A DNA stretch of 64,000 bases, from the IMG/VR virus record IMGVR_UViG_642791618_000001, positions 1 to 64,000 of that record. One strand, given 5' to 3'. The stretch comes from a virus. Lineage: Duplodnaviria > Caudoviricetes. Below the pieces are notes generated by a model. The model had not been told where the DNA came from. It made no database searches and saw only the letters and a program-made list of their open reading frames with translations. The position numbers and the translations under genes are program-made. Below are positions 56,163 to 64,000 of this stretch, one piece after another (the stretch's first letter is position 1; each line of letters begins with the position of its first letter).

Positions 56163-56852
56163 ATGTTCACCGTCCCGCCTGCCTCCGCCGCCACACTTGG
56201 CGGCATTGATTTCAGCGTCGCCACGCCCGTGGCCGGCTTTTGCCAATCGCTTTTCGATACGTTTGATCGCCAAGACAGCCAAAGCGATCCGAGCCAATGC
56301 AAAGCGATCCTCCGCTTCCCGAGCGGCGTGATTTCCTGGAGTTCCAAGCTCGCCATCGATGCCGACGGTGTTGCCGCCGACCCCGGCCGCCGCTGTGGCA
56401 CGCAACTCGACCCGCTCGACGGCCAGAACGACACGTCGTTTCATTTTCCGAACGGTTGCCCGCTCTCCAGCGAGCGGCATCCCTTCATCGTTCTCCCCCT
56501 CGGCGTCTTCCGTGCCGCTACGGGCCTCTCGATCGGCGATCTCGCTGTCGTCATCTATCGCGACATTCTCACCGCAGCGATCTGCGGCGATCTCGGGCCG
56601 AGCCACAAGATCGGGGAAGGCTCGATCCGCGTGCATGAAGCGTTTCATCCACCCGCGCCCGACCCGTGTGCGGTGCGAAATCCCGACGGCAGTTGCCGCC
56701 GCATTCACGATGCGAGCATCGAGCAGGATGTGCTCTTCTTTGTCTTCCCCGGTTCCGCCATCGGTTCCGCGCTGACTCCGGACAACGCCGAGATGCTCAT
56801 CAAAGCGCGCGCGTTCGCGCTGTTCGCCCAACTCCACAGCCCATCGGCATAA
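56163..56852 (+). CDS. Glycoside hydrolase family 75 (chitosanase-like), candidate endolysin
   Basis: LAIDADG, QNDTSF, PFIVLP, GDLAVV, GDLGP..IGEGS. Confidence 0.72.
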   Translation: MFTVPPASAATLGGIDFSVATPVAGFCQSLFDTFDRQDSQSDPSQCKAILRFPSGVISWSSKLAIDADGVAADPGRRCGTQLDPLDGQNDTSFHFPNGCPLSSERHPFIVLPLGVFRAATGLSIGDLAVVIYRDILTAAICGDLGPSHKIGEGSIRVHEAFHPPAPDPCAVRNPDGSCRRIHDASIEQDVLFFVFPGSAIGSALTPDNAEMLIKARAFALFAQLHSPSA

Positions 56853-56854
56853 GC

Positions 56855-57109
56855 ATGGCCGCTCCCGATTACTCCATCGGCTTCACCCGTGAAGAGGTGG
56901 AGGAGATTCTGGCCGCGCAGAAAGCAGAACTGAAGCGCGCGCTTGCGGCCTGGCAGGAGTCGGGTTCGACCATCACCAAACGCCGGATCGACGAGATCCA
57001 CGCGATCATCGAGGCCTGCCAGATCGCGCTCAAGAAACTTGCCCCCGAGGTCTATGGAAAACGGGCGCGCGTCGACACGAGCGCGGTCTTCGGCTTTCTC
57101 CCGAAATGA
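56855..57109 (+). CDS. Probable head-tail joining protein (gpW position)
   Basis: Small helical protein directly before and overlapping the portal start. Confidence 0.55.
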   Translation: MAAPDYSIGFTREEVEEILAAQKAELKRALAAWQESGSTITKRRIDEIHAIIEACQIALKKLAPEVYGKRARVDTSAVFGFLPK

Positions 57110-58548
57110 ACCCGTTGCTCAAATTGGCGCGTGCGATTCTGCCGCGCGCGTGGTTCAGCCCGTATGAGGGAGCCAATTACTCGCCGCGCCGCGCGCGCGT
57201 GCCGGGGTTCTTTCCACGCGACGCGAAGCTCGACCTTTCGTCGGGGCCGCGCCGGGAATTGGTCCGCCGCTCGCGCTACCTGCACAAGAATTCCGGGTTC
57301 GTGCGCGAACTGGTCGGCAGCATGGCCATCTACGCTACGGGTGACGGCATCAAGCCGCAGGCGCTTTCTGCGGATGCCAATTGGAACAAAGCCGCCCATG
57401 AATACTTTGCACGCTGGGCAGCGCGGTGTGAAATCACCCAGCGATTCTCGTTCGCGGAATGCCAGTCGCTCGTCTGCCGCGGCATGGACGTGGACGGTGA
57501 ATACTTCCTCCTCAAGACGCGGGACGCCCTTGGGGCGGCAAAGCTCCAGCTTATCGAATCGCACCGGATCGGGGATGCCGAGCAGGGTAATACAGAAGAT
57601 GGCATCGAGTTCGATGCCTACGGCGCGCCCGCATTCTACCGGATCTTGCTCGATGGCGGAGGGTTCAAGGACATCCCCGCGCCGTTGATGCTCCACGTCT
57701 TCGAACCGGAGAATGTGACCGGCGTCCGCAATGCGCCGACCTTGCAGCATTCGGTCAATCATCTCCTGGATGAAATGGAGCTAATCGCCCTGGAGAAACA
57801 CGCGGTCAAAGACAACGCCGACGTGGCGCGGGTGCTCAAAACCGAGCGCGGCGATCTCGATGAGGACGGAGACTTCACGATCCGGCAGCCGGGAAACGTC
57901 GACCCGGCGGCAACCGAGCCGAGCGCGTTGCAACGGATCGTCGGCGGCAAACTCGTGGCGCTCAAACCCGGCGAATCCTTGGACAGCTTTCAATCGAACC
58001 GGCCAAGCCCGACCTTCACCGGATTCCTCGAATATCTGCGGCGGGATTCCGCGCTTGGCCACATCCCGTACGAGTTTGCGGCGGATTCGAGCAAGGTCGG
58101 CGGCGCGGGTGTGCGACTCGTCGTCGCTAAAGCCGACCGCCGGTTCAGTTATCGGCAACTCATCCTCATCGAACGGTTCCTCAAGCCGGTGTGGCTCTTT
58201 GTCATCGGCGACGCCATCGCCACGAAGCGTCTGCCCGAGGTCGTGAATTGGACGAAGGTCGCATTCACTACGCCGCGGCGCATCACCGTCGATGCGGGCC
58301 GCGAAGCGCAGCAAAACCGGGCGGACGTGGAAACCGGCTTAAAAACCATCGAGGAACATTTCGCGGAACAGGGCATGGACTTCGCCGAGGAAATGGAGAT
58401 TCGCGCGCAGAACGCTCGGGCGCTGCTCGATCTGGCCAAGAAATACGACATTCCGCTGGAGATGCTTTGGAACCCGGATGGCGGCACCGCCGCAACGCCC
58501 GCTGTCGGCGAAAGCGACGACCCGCCGCCTTCGGGCGTTGCGCGATAA
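57106..58548 (+). CDS. Phage portal protein, lambda family
   Basis: YEGA, RSRYL..N, DGEYF, LQLIESHRI, GIEFD..G.P..Y, RI.VD..RE. Confidence 0.9.
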   Translation: MNPLLKLARAILPRAWFSPYEGANYSPRRARVPGFFPRDAKLDLSSGPRRELVRRSRYLHKNSGFVRELVGSMAIYATGDGIKPQALSADANWNKAAHEYFARWAARCEITQRFSFAECQSLVCRGMDVDGEYFLLKTRDALGAAKLQLIESHRIGDAEQGNTEDGIEFDAYGAPAFYRILLDGGGFKDIPAPLMLHVFEPENVTGVRNAPTLQHSVNHLLDEMELIALEKHAVKDNADVARVLKTERGDLDEDGDFTIRQPGNVDPAATEPSALQRIVGGKLVALKPGESLDSFQSNRPSPTFTGFLEYLRRDSALGHIPYEFAADSSKVGGAGVRLVVAKADRRFSYRQLILIERFLKPVWLFVIGDAIATKRLPEVVNWTKVAFTTPRRITVDAGREAQQNRADVETGLKTIEEHFAEQGMDFAEEMEIRAQNARALLDLAKKYDIPLEMLWNPDGGTAATPAVGESDDPPPSGVAR

Positions 58549-58550
58549 GC

Positions 58551-58586
58551 GAGATAATCGTTTCGGCACGATTATCTCCCTGTTTT
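58551..58586 (+). terminator. Palindrome copy 2 followed by a U-tract (probable terminator/operator)
   Basis: GAGATAATCGT-TTCGGC-ACGATTATCTC then CCTGTTTTT. Confidence 0.6.
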
Positions 58587-58604
58587 TGACAGACGGCGTG
58601 GGAC

Positions 58605-59414
58605 GTGACCCAGCTCTTGCACTCCCTCTACCATCAGCCCTGGCTCATCACGCCCGAGGCTCACGCTGCAATGCGCCGGGCGGCCCGGGCCTGCGACCTC
58701 TTCAGCGATCCGCCGGCTGAGCCGCCGGACTCCGATCTTCTGCAAATCGAGAACGGCATCGGCATCATCCCGATCACCGGCGTGCTGATGAAGCGCCCGG
58801 ATATTTTCTCGCGCGTACTGCTCGGCGCGGCCGACATGGACGAAATCAGCGAGGCTATCAACGAGGCTGGCGACCGCGAAGATGTGCAGGCGGTTCTTTT
58901 GGACATCGACTCGCCTGGCGGCACCGTCACCGGCACGCCCGAGCTCGCGGCCGCGGTGGCGGCGCTCTCAAGAGCCAAATACGTCTATGCGTTCTCGGAC
59001 GGGCAGATGTGCAGCGCGGCCTACTGGATCGCGTCACAGGCCGATGTAATCTTCTCGACGCCCAGCGCGCGGGTCGGCTCCATCGGGGTGCTACTCCCGA
59101 TGCTGGATGAGACCGAGGCGTTCAAGCAGGAGGGGCTGAAGGTCGATCTCTTTGCCGCCGGCAAATACAAGAGTGTCGGCGTGCCGGGCGTGGCGCTGAC
59201 CGACGACCAGCGCACCTGGCTCCAGTCCATGATCGACGAGATCAATGGCGAATTTCAGGCGGCGGTGCTGGCCCGTGGCCGTGCCATCGATCCCGCCGCG
59301 ATGGAAGGGCAGGATTTCTCGGGGCAGAAAGCGTTTGAGAATTCCCTCACCGCCGGGGTCATGCTGGATCGCGCCACGGTGCTGACCAAGATGCAGGCGC
59401 GGCATGTGAGTTGA
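58605..59414 (+). CDS. S49-family prohead protease (lambda gpC-like)
   Basis: LLDIDSPGG, CSAAYWIAS, VGSIGV, GKYK. Confidence 0.9.
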   Translation: MTQLLHSLYHQPWLITPEAHAAMRRAARACDLFSDPPAEPPDSDLLQIENGIGIIPITGVLMKRPDIFSRVLLGAADMDEISEAINEAGDREDVQAVLLDIDSPGGTVTGTPELAAAVAALSRAKYVYAFSDGQMCSAAYWIASQADVIFSTPSARVGSIGVLLPMLDETEAFKQEGLKVDLFAAGKYKSVGVPGVALTDDQRTWLQSMIDEINGEFQAAVLARGRAIDPAAMEGQDFSGQKAFENSLTAGVMLDRATVLTKMQARHVS

Positions 59415-59433
59415 CAGCGAACGCCGGGAAACA

Positions 59434-59955
59434 ATGAAAACTCTCGACGAGCAACTCGAAGACGCCCTCGCACGGGTCAAGCAACTCGAAGCCGACGCCC
59501 AGGCGAGCAGCACGCTGCTCACCGAGGCGGCCCGGCAATCGGACGAGTTGCGGACGAAAGTCACGGCGTTCACCAAGGAATCCGACGCACTCACCCTGGC
59601 CAATCAGGAACTCTCCGAACAGCGCGACCAACTTTCCCGCGACCTGGTGGCCGCCAAACAGTCACTTACCTCCACGGCAAACACGATCGAGGAACTGGCC
59701 AAGGCCAAGGAACAAATCACCACGCTGACCAGCGAGATCGAAACGCTCAAGGCCAACGCCAAGACCGCTGAGCGTATCGCCGCCGAGCACTACGGCGCCG
59801 CCAGTCCGCAGCCCGTGCCCGTCACGCCCCGGGGCGATGCCGAGGCCGAAGCTCTGCTCACCCGGTTCAAGGCCATCACCGACCCGAAGGAGCAAACCAC
59901 CTTCTGGCGCTCCCTCACCGCCCAACAGCGCACCCAGATCCTCAACGCCAAGTAA
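59434..59955 (+). CDS. Coiled-coil scaffolding-like protein
   Basis: Heptad-rich protein between the protease and capsid genes. Confidence 0.6.
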   Translation: MKTLDEQLEDALARVKQLEADAQASSTLLTEAARQSDELRTKVTAFTKESDALTLANQELSEQRDQLSRDLVAAKQSLTSTANTIEELAKAKEQITTLTSEIETLKANAKTAERIAAEHYGAASPQPVPVTPRGDAEAEALLTRFKAITDPKEQTTFWRSLTAQQRTQILNAK

Positions 59956-59967
59956 CCGACCACTCCC

Positions 59968-60861
59968 ATGCCGAACACACTCACCAATGTAAATGACATC
60001 AAGGTCGCGCAAACGGCGCTCCAGCCGTGGATGGCTGCGCTCCTGCCGTTGCGCGCCTTTTCGACCAACTTTTCGCCCGAACCCGCCGATAAGCTCGACA
60101 CCGTGCGGGTGCCCGTCGTGGGCGCTCCGTCCCAGTCCAGCGATTTCGTCGACAGCTACACGGGCAACCCGGATTCCACGGTCACGGTAATCCCGGTGCA
60201 GTTGAACCGGCACAAATTCAAGACGATCCACGTCACGGCGCGGGAGGCAAGCGAGACGGCGCTCAATGTCCTTGAAACGCTGGTTTCCAGCGCGGTCAAG
60301 CAGCTCGCGACCGATGTTCTCCAGGACATCTTCTCGACGATCACCGCAGCCAATTTCGGCAATCCCGCCATTCCCGCGGTTGCTGCCGCCAATTTCGACT
60401 ACAAGAAGGTGCTCGCCATCCGCGGTGCGTGCAGCAACGCGAAGATGCCCGTGACGGATCGCGGCCTAGTGCTCGATGGCGCCTACTACACCAATCTGCT
60501 CGGCGACGATGTGGTGGCGAAGAGCTTCATCCAGCCGGTCGCACAGCCCGGCGTGGTCGAGGCGCAGATCCGCCGCCTCGCTGGATTCGACATGTATGAG
60601 ACGGTCATCCTGCCGGACAACGGAGAAAAGCTTGTGGGCTTCGCCTCGCACCCGAGCGGCATGGCCGTCGCGATGCGCTACCTTCCGCCGGTCGCCGATT
60701 ACGATGAATCGGGCGCGGTCACCGATCCCGAGACGGGCCTCACCTTCGGCTACCTGCGCTTCACGGAGATTCAATCCAACCGGATCTTCGTCACAGTGGA
60801 ATGCCTCTACGGCTTCATGCCTGCCGTCGCGAACGGCATCCAGCGCATCGTTCAGCCGTAA
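59968..60861 (+). CDS. Major capsid protein (HK97 fold inferred)
   Basis: 297 aa, after the scaffold gene; DTVRVP, GVV..RLAGFDMYE, ECLYG features. Confidence 0.75.
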   Translation: MPNTLTNVNDIKVAQTALQPWMAALLPLRAFSTNFSPEPADKLDTVRVPVVGAPSQSSDFVDSYTGNPDSTVTVIPVQLNRHKFKTIHVTAREASETALNVLETLVSSAVKQLATDVLQDIFSTITAANFGNPAIPAVAAANFDYKKVLAIRGACSNAKMPVTDRGLVLDGAYYTNLLGDDVVAKSFIQPVAQPGVVEAQIRRLAGFDMYETVILPDNGEKLVGFASHPSGMAVAMRYLPPVADYDESGAVTDPETGLTFGYLRFTEIQSNRIFVTVECLYGFMPAVANGIQRIVQP

Positions 60862-60894
60862 GCGCGGCACGAAACATTTCGGTGGTTGCAAAAG

Positions 60895-60927
60895 CCCCGC
60901 TGCTGGAAACGGCAGCGGGGTTATTTC
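60895..60927 (+). terminator. Intrinsic terminator after the capsid gene
   Basis: CCCCGCTGCTG-GAAA-CGGCAGCGGGG followed by TTATTTC. Confidence 0.8.
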
Positions 60928-61731
60928 TTAAACCGCGCCCGCCTCCCGACGAATCGCATGTACGCTTCGGTTCCATAGCATGCGCAACGGTTGAAAAGCA
61001 CCGATCCGCGACCAGAGCATTCTAACTTCCCCGTTGCGATTTAAGAAAGAGCCGGCGACTCCAGGGCGGATGGCGTGACGTGAAATAAAGAATTGAAACG
61101 CGAATCCGCGAAACGTCAGCAGACAGCCGTTGTGTCCCTCAGTTCTAGTGCTGAAAGGCTGCGAAAGTAGCTGGCGCACGTCGATTTCCGGCTCAGGCAA
61201 AAAGGGCGCTACCAAACATCCGTATTCATCGGGCTCCCCTGGGTCTTCTTTGTCCAACATGCGTCGCATGATTTCCTCGTGAGGCCCAAGATCGACACAT
61301 CGAAAAAATGCACCTTTCGCAACTCCTACGCGCCATAAAAGTGACAACAAAAAGAGCTTTAGCCGAGGGTAATCTAGACCACGGAGAGTGACAATTCTGT
61401 CCTCTGGCTTCTGAGGAAGAGGAAGCACGACGCTCAACACGCTCTCAGACGCATACTGTTCGTACCTGCTAAAGCGCCTTTCGCAATTTTCGCACAACAG
61501 ACGCTCCCAAAAGCCAGTCTGATGCGTCGTGTCCGAGATCCGGCCTGATTGAAGATCACGAACGACAACCATGCGAGGATGAACCGTAGGATCAAGCACC
61601 GCCTTGTAGGCCAAATCGGGCAAGATGTGTGATCGGCATAGCTTTGCGGATCTCCCGCAAAGCGCGCAAGATTGGGAAGATGGATTCAAGATTGTGGCAC
61701 TCTTTATAGTGCAGAAGTAAGACGACCGCAA
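60928..61731 (-). CDS. HNH-like endonuclease moron inserted antisense in the head-tail region
   Basis: CALC..SHILP, LLCENCE..FS.YE; visibly AT-richer codon usage. Confidence 0.65.
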   Translation of the reverse strand: MRSSYFCTIKSATILNPSSQSCALCGRSAKLCRSHILPDLAYKAVLDPTVHPRMVVVRDLQSGRISDTTHQTGFWERLLCENCERRFSRYEQYASESVLSVVLPLPQKPEDRIVTLRGLDYPRLKLFLLSLLWRVGVAKGAFFRCVDLGPHEEIMRRMLDKEDPGEPDEYGCLVAPFLPEPEIDVRQLLSQPFSTRTEGHNGCLLTFRGFAFQFFISRHAIRPGVAGSFLNRNGEVRMLWSRIGAFQPLRMLWNRSVHAIRREAGAV

Positions 61732-61788
61732 AGCCGCGCTCGGACTTCAATTCTGGAGCGCCGCCGCCTTTGACATCCGCGCGGGAGC

Positions 61789-62097
61789 ATGTCGCTCCAG
61801 GATGAAAAAGCCGCCGCCCTCACCGAGATTCTAGCTGTCACCGGCGAACCCGTCGTGTGGCAAGGTCAGACCTACCAGGCTCTGGTCACCGACAATCCGC
61901 TGAGCCTCGAACTCGCGCTTGGTGGCTTCGTGGCCAAAGGCGATTGCACGATGAAGATCCCGCGCGCGGCGTTCACGGACGAGAAACCGAAGATCGGCGA
62001 TCCGATTCAATTCCAGGAAACGGACTACCGCATCACACGCGTCACTGACCATCCGCAGTATCCAATGCTGGTGCTCGTGGCCGAACCGAAGGAGTAA
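61789..62097 (+). CDS. Head-tail joining protein (gpFII-like)
   Basis: Small beta protein, PKIGDPI....DYRITRV; expected position. Confidence 0.65.
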   Translation: MSLQDEKAAALTEILAVTGEPVVWQGQTYQALVTDNPLSLELALGGFVAKGDCTMKIPRAAFTDEKPKIGDPIQFQETDYRITRVTDHPQYPMLVLVAEPKE

Positions 62098-62099
62098 CG

Positions 62100-62507
62100 A
62101 TGATCGACCACGCTCTCGACGATACGCTGCTTGCGTATCTCAAACAAATGCCCCAGCTCACGGCGCTCAACGGTTACACCGGCCAGGAAAACGCAGAACA
62201 CAAGCTGCCGGCGCTCACGGTCAGCACCACAACGGCCGAGGCGCTTGCCGGCTCCGACCTGGCTTTCAAGGGCGAAGTGGACGTGATCATCGAAAGCGAG
62301 GCGCACGACACGACTGCCGATGCCCATGCCGAGCGCGTGGAATCGGTGCGCGCAGCCCTCGCGGATCGCGCCACGGTCATTGCCGCGCTGAACGCGACGG
62401 AAAAACTGCACATCTATGGCTATGCCCCAATCGGCACCGAGCCCACCGTGGGCGACGCCCGTTTCAACACGAAGATCAAGTATCGGTTCGGCTTCGGGCC
62501 AGCATGA
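62100..62507 (+). CDS. Tail completion/terminator-like protein
   Basis: Position and size; LPALTV motif. Confidence 0.5.
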   Translation: MIDHALDDTLLAYLKQMPQLTALNGYTGQENAEHKLPALTVSTTTAEALAGSDLAFKGEVDVIIESEAHDTTADAHAERVESVRAALADRATVIAALNATEKLHIYGYAPIGTEPTVGDARFNTKIKYRFGFGPA

Positions 62508-62533
62508 GCGTTGACACCGAAAGCGAGGCAACC

Positions 62534-62713
62534 GTGAACGCCATCCAGGAAACCCTCACCAAACATCGGCAGGAAAAGGCCATGATCGAAAAGCGCTCGG
62601 CGGGCGATCAGCAACGCCTGCGCGAACTCGACGCCATCATTGCGGCGCTGGAAGCCATTCCCCCGGCACCCACCGACGTTCTGGCCGAAGCACTCACCAC
62701 GAACCAGAACTAA
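62534..62713 (+). CDS. Small coiled-coil protein
   Basis: GTG preceded by the TTGACA motif; in frame with track ORF 62504-62713. Confidence 0.5.
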   Translation: MNAIQETLTKHRQEKAMIEKRSAGDQQRLRELDAIIAALEAIPPAPTDVLAEALTTNQN

Positions 62714-62716
62714 GCC

Positions 62717-63049
62717 ATGCCCGCCAGCGACGTATCATTCGGCATTACGCGCCATGAAGGCGCGCTCATCGACTCGGTGGAGACCGACGACAGCGTGCAG
62801 GTCAAGGAATTGGCGGGCAGCGACGGCGAAATCGCCCGCGTCCGGCCCTATCGCAAAATGACCGAGGGCTCGGTGAAGGGACACGGCACACTTTCGGTGG
62901 TACCCGGCGTCGGCGACCCCGGCGTGACCGGCGTGGGCAGCACGGGCGTGACCGTGATCACGAACGTGAAGCAGAACGAGACCAACGAGGATTTCGACGG
63001 CTGGGAATACAGCTTCAAGAATTACCCGAACGCCGAGGCCGTGAGCTAA
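62717..63049 (+). CDS. Probable small tail tube protein
   Basis: Beta-rich 110-aa protein upstream of the chaperone genes (synteny only). Confidence 0.5.
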   Translation: MPASDVSFGITRHEGALIDSVETDDSVQVKELAGSDGEIARVRPYRKMTEGSVKGHGTLSVVPGVGDPGVTGVGSTGVTVITNVKQNETNEDFDGWEYSFKNYPNAEAVS

Positions 63050-63051
63050 CC

Positions 63052-63495
63052 ATGAAAAAAGGCGATCAACTTTGCATCCTGCGCGCCGATGTGAACACCG
63101 AAGCGGACGCACTCAATATCCTGCGCCTGGTCGGGGCGCTCACGGCAGTCGGCGTTCAACTCGATGACGATTGCCCGTATCTGGAAACGCGCGAGCTGGT
63201 CGAAGCCGGCGAACGCCGTTTGGTCACTTGGACCCTCAAGGCCCGGAGCATTTGCGGCCGGTTTGAAACGCGCAAACTCATCGACGCCTGGCACGATCCG
63301 GTCTGGACGACGCAACACCTGGAGCATCCCTTCGCCTACATCAAGACGGCGTTCCAAAACGCCAGCTTGCTCGGCGCGGAAGTCGCCCGGCTCGCACCGG
63401 TCGCACTCATCCGTAAAGGCCGTCGATTCGCGCTCGTGCCCTTCGATGCGACGCCGGAACGCCGCCAGGAACTTCTCACCGCTCTCGAAAAATGA
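63052..63495 (+). CDS. Hypothetical tail-region protein
   Basis: Coupled ORF in the tail operon. Confidence 0.6.
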   Translation: MKKGDQLCILRADVNTEADALNILRLVGALTAVGVQLDDDCPYLETRELVEAGERRLVTWTLKARSICGRFETRKLIDAWHDPVWTTQHLEHPFAYIKTAFQNASLLGAEVARLAPVALIRKGRRFALVPFDATPERRQELLTALEK

Positions 63496-63941
63496 ACGCT
63501 GCCGAAAGAACGCAAGCCAATCTCGACACGTTCGTCGAACCCGCGCCGTGCGCAGGCGGTATCACGCTGCGCCCGTTCTCCGCTGGAACACTTACGCTCT
63601 GCCGTGCGCTCGGGCTCACCATGATCACTGGGGCCGCCAAGGAGGAGCTTGAGGCGATGTCGGCCGAGGACAAGCAACGGCAGCTCACGACGTTTCTGTT
63701 CATTCAATCCCAGCCGCTGGGCGTGGTGAAAAAGGCCGTGAAGATCGCTCGCGAAAATCGGGCGGCATTTGAGGAGGAGTATCTGCTGCCATTTGAGCTG
63801 GACCTGCCGGTGGCGGCGATGTTCGAGACTATGAGCCAGCTTGAGCAGAGCCTCGTTTCCATCGAGGCCGCGCAGGTGGAAGTCCACGCCCGGCCAGGCG
63901 GACGACAGAACGAGTCGAAGACTCAGCCAACCCCAAACTGA
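63492..63941 (+). CDS. Tail assembly chaperone (gpG-like) with a -1 frameshift extension running off the window
   Basis: Ends ACC CCA AAC TGA. Slippery heptamer C CCA AAC at 63932-63938; -1 frame open to 64000 (LIEPVWTASFVFTLARETGWP). Confidence 0.72.
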   Translation: MNAAERTQANLDTFVEPAPCAGGITLRPFSAGTLTLCRALGLTMITGAAKEELEAMSAEDKQRQLTTFLFIQSQPLGVVKKAVKIARENRAAFEEEYLLPFELDLPVAAMFETMSQLEQSLVSIEAAQVEVHARPGGRQNESKTQPTPN

Positions 63942-64000
63942 TTGAGCCGGTGTGGACGGCGAGTTTCGTCTTCACACTGGCGCGAGAAACCGGGTGGCCC

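Larger units (their letters stand above)
17207..64000. mobile_element. Lambda-like prophage (core from replication module to tail genes); left boundary unresolved and may include 1-17 kb; continues beyond the window
   Basis: Ordered recombinase/SSB/helicase/primase block, then terminase GpA, lambda-type portal, S49 protease, capsid, head-tail and tail chaperone genes. No integrase or att site in the window. Confidence 0.92.

Overview
High-GC bacterial window dominated by a lambda-like (siphovirus-type) prophage that continues past the right edge. A PVC/Verrucomicrobia-like host is only a weak inference from A/C-rich, mostly SD-less leaders and a PurA-family gene. From left to right: (1) 1-10.5 kb, a minus-strand, translationally coupled defence-like operon (HsdS, small protein, HsdM, HsdS, trypsin-like protease, unknown protein, 1028-aa P-loop ATPase) with no HsdR visible; (2) 10.6-12.8 kb, a DUF1883 / ComEC-type MBL hydrolase / membrane-protein cassette behind a structured leader; (3) 12.9-17.1 kb, an SMC-like ABC ATPase, HEAT-repeat histidine kinase and response regulator, transcribed divergently from the phage replication genes across an array of GATACCGG operator-like sites; (4) 17.2-25.8 kb, phage recombination/replication genes; (5) 26.1-42.3 kb, a roughly 16-kb biosynthetic gene cluster inside the prophage (two RaSEA/TIGR01210-like radical SAM enzymes, a third radical SAM, SbnA-like PLP enzyme, PLP decarboxylase, ACP, adenylation enzyme, KAS III-like, NadE-like, two BtrH-like, methyltransferase, two GNATs, plus short UvrA and GyrI-like putative self-resistance genes); (6) 42.7-53.2 kb, a minus-strand accessory arm (two ligase-family genes, AAA ATPases, split RarA-like pair, amidoligase + GATase, TAGT/GREB1-like glycosyltransferase, ParB) punctuated by repeated regulatory elements; (7) 53.5-64 kb, packaging, lysis, head and tail genes, many preceded by TTGAC(A/G)-N13-start. 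Several phage genes carry frameshifts, mostly in or next to short homopolymers, which look like sequencing errors. No integrase, att site, tRNA, rRNA or CRISPR array was found. Family assignments come from motif recognition by eye, not database searches.
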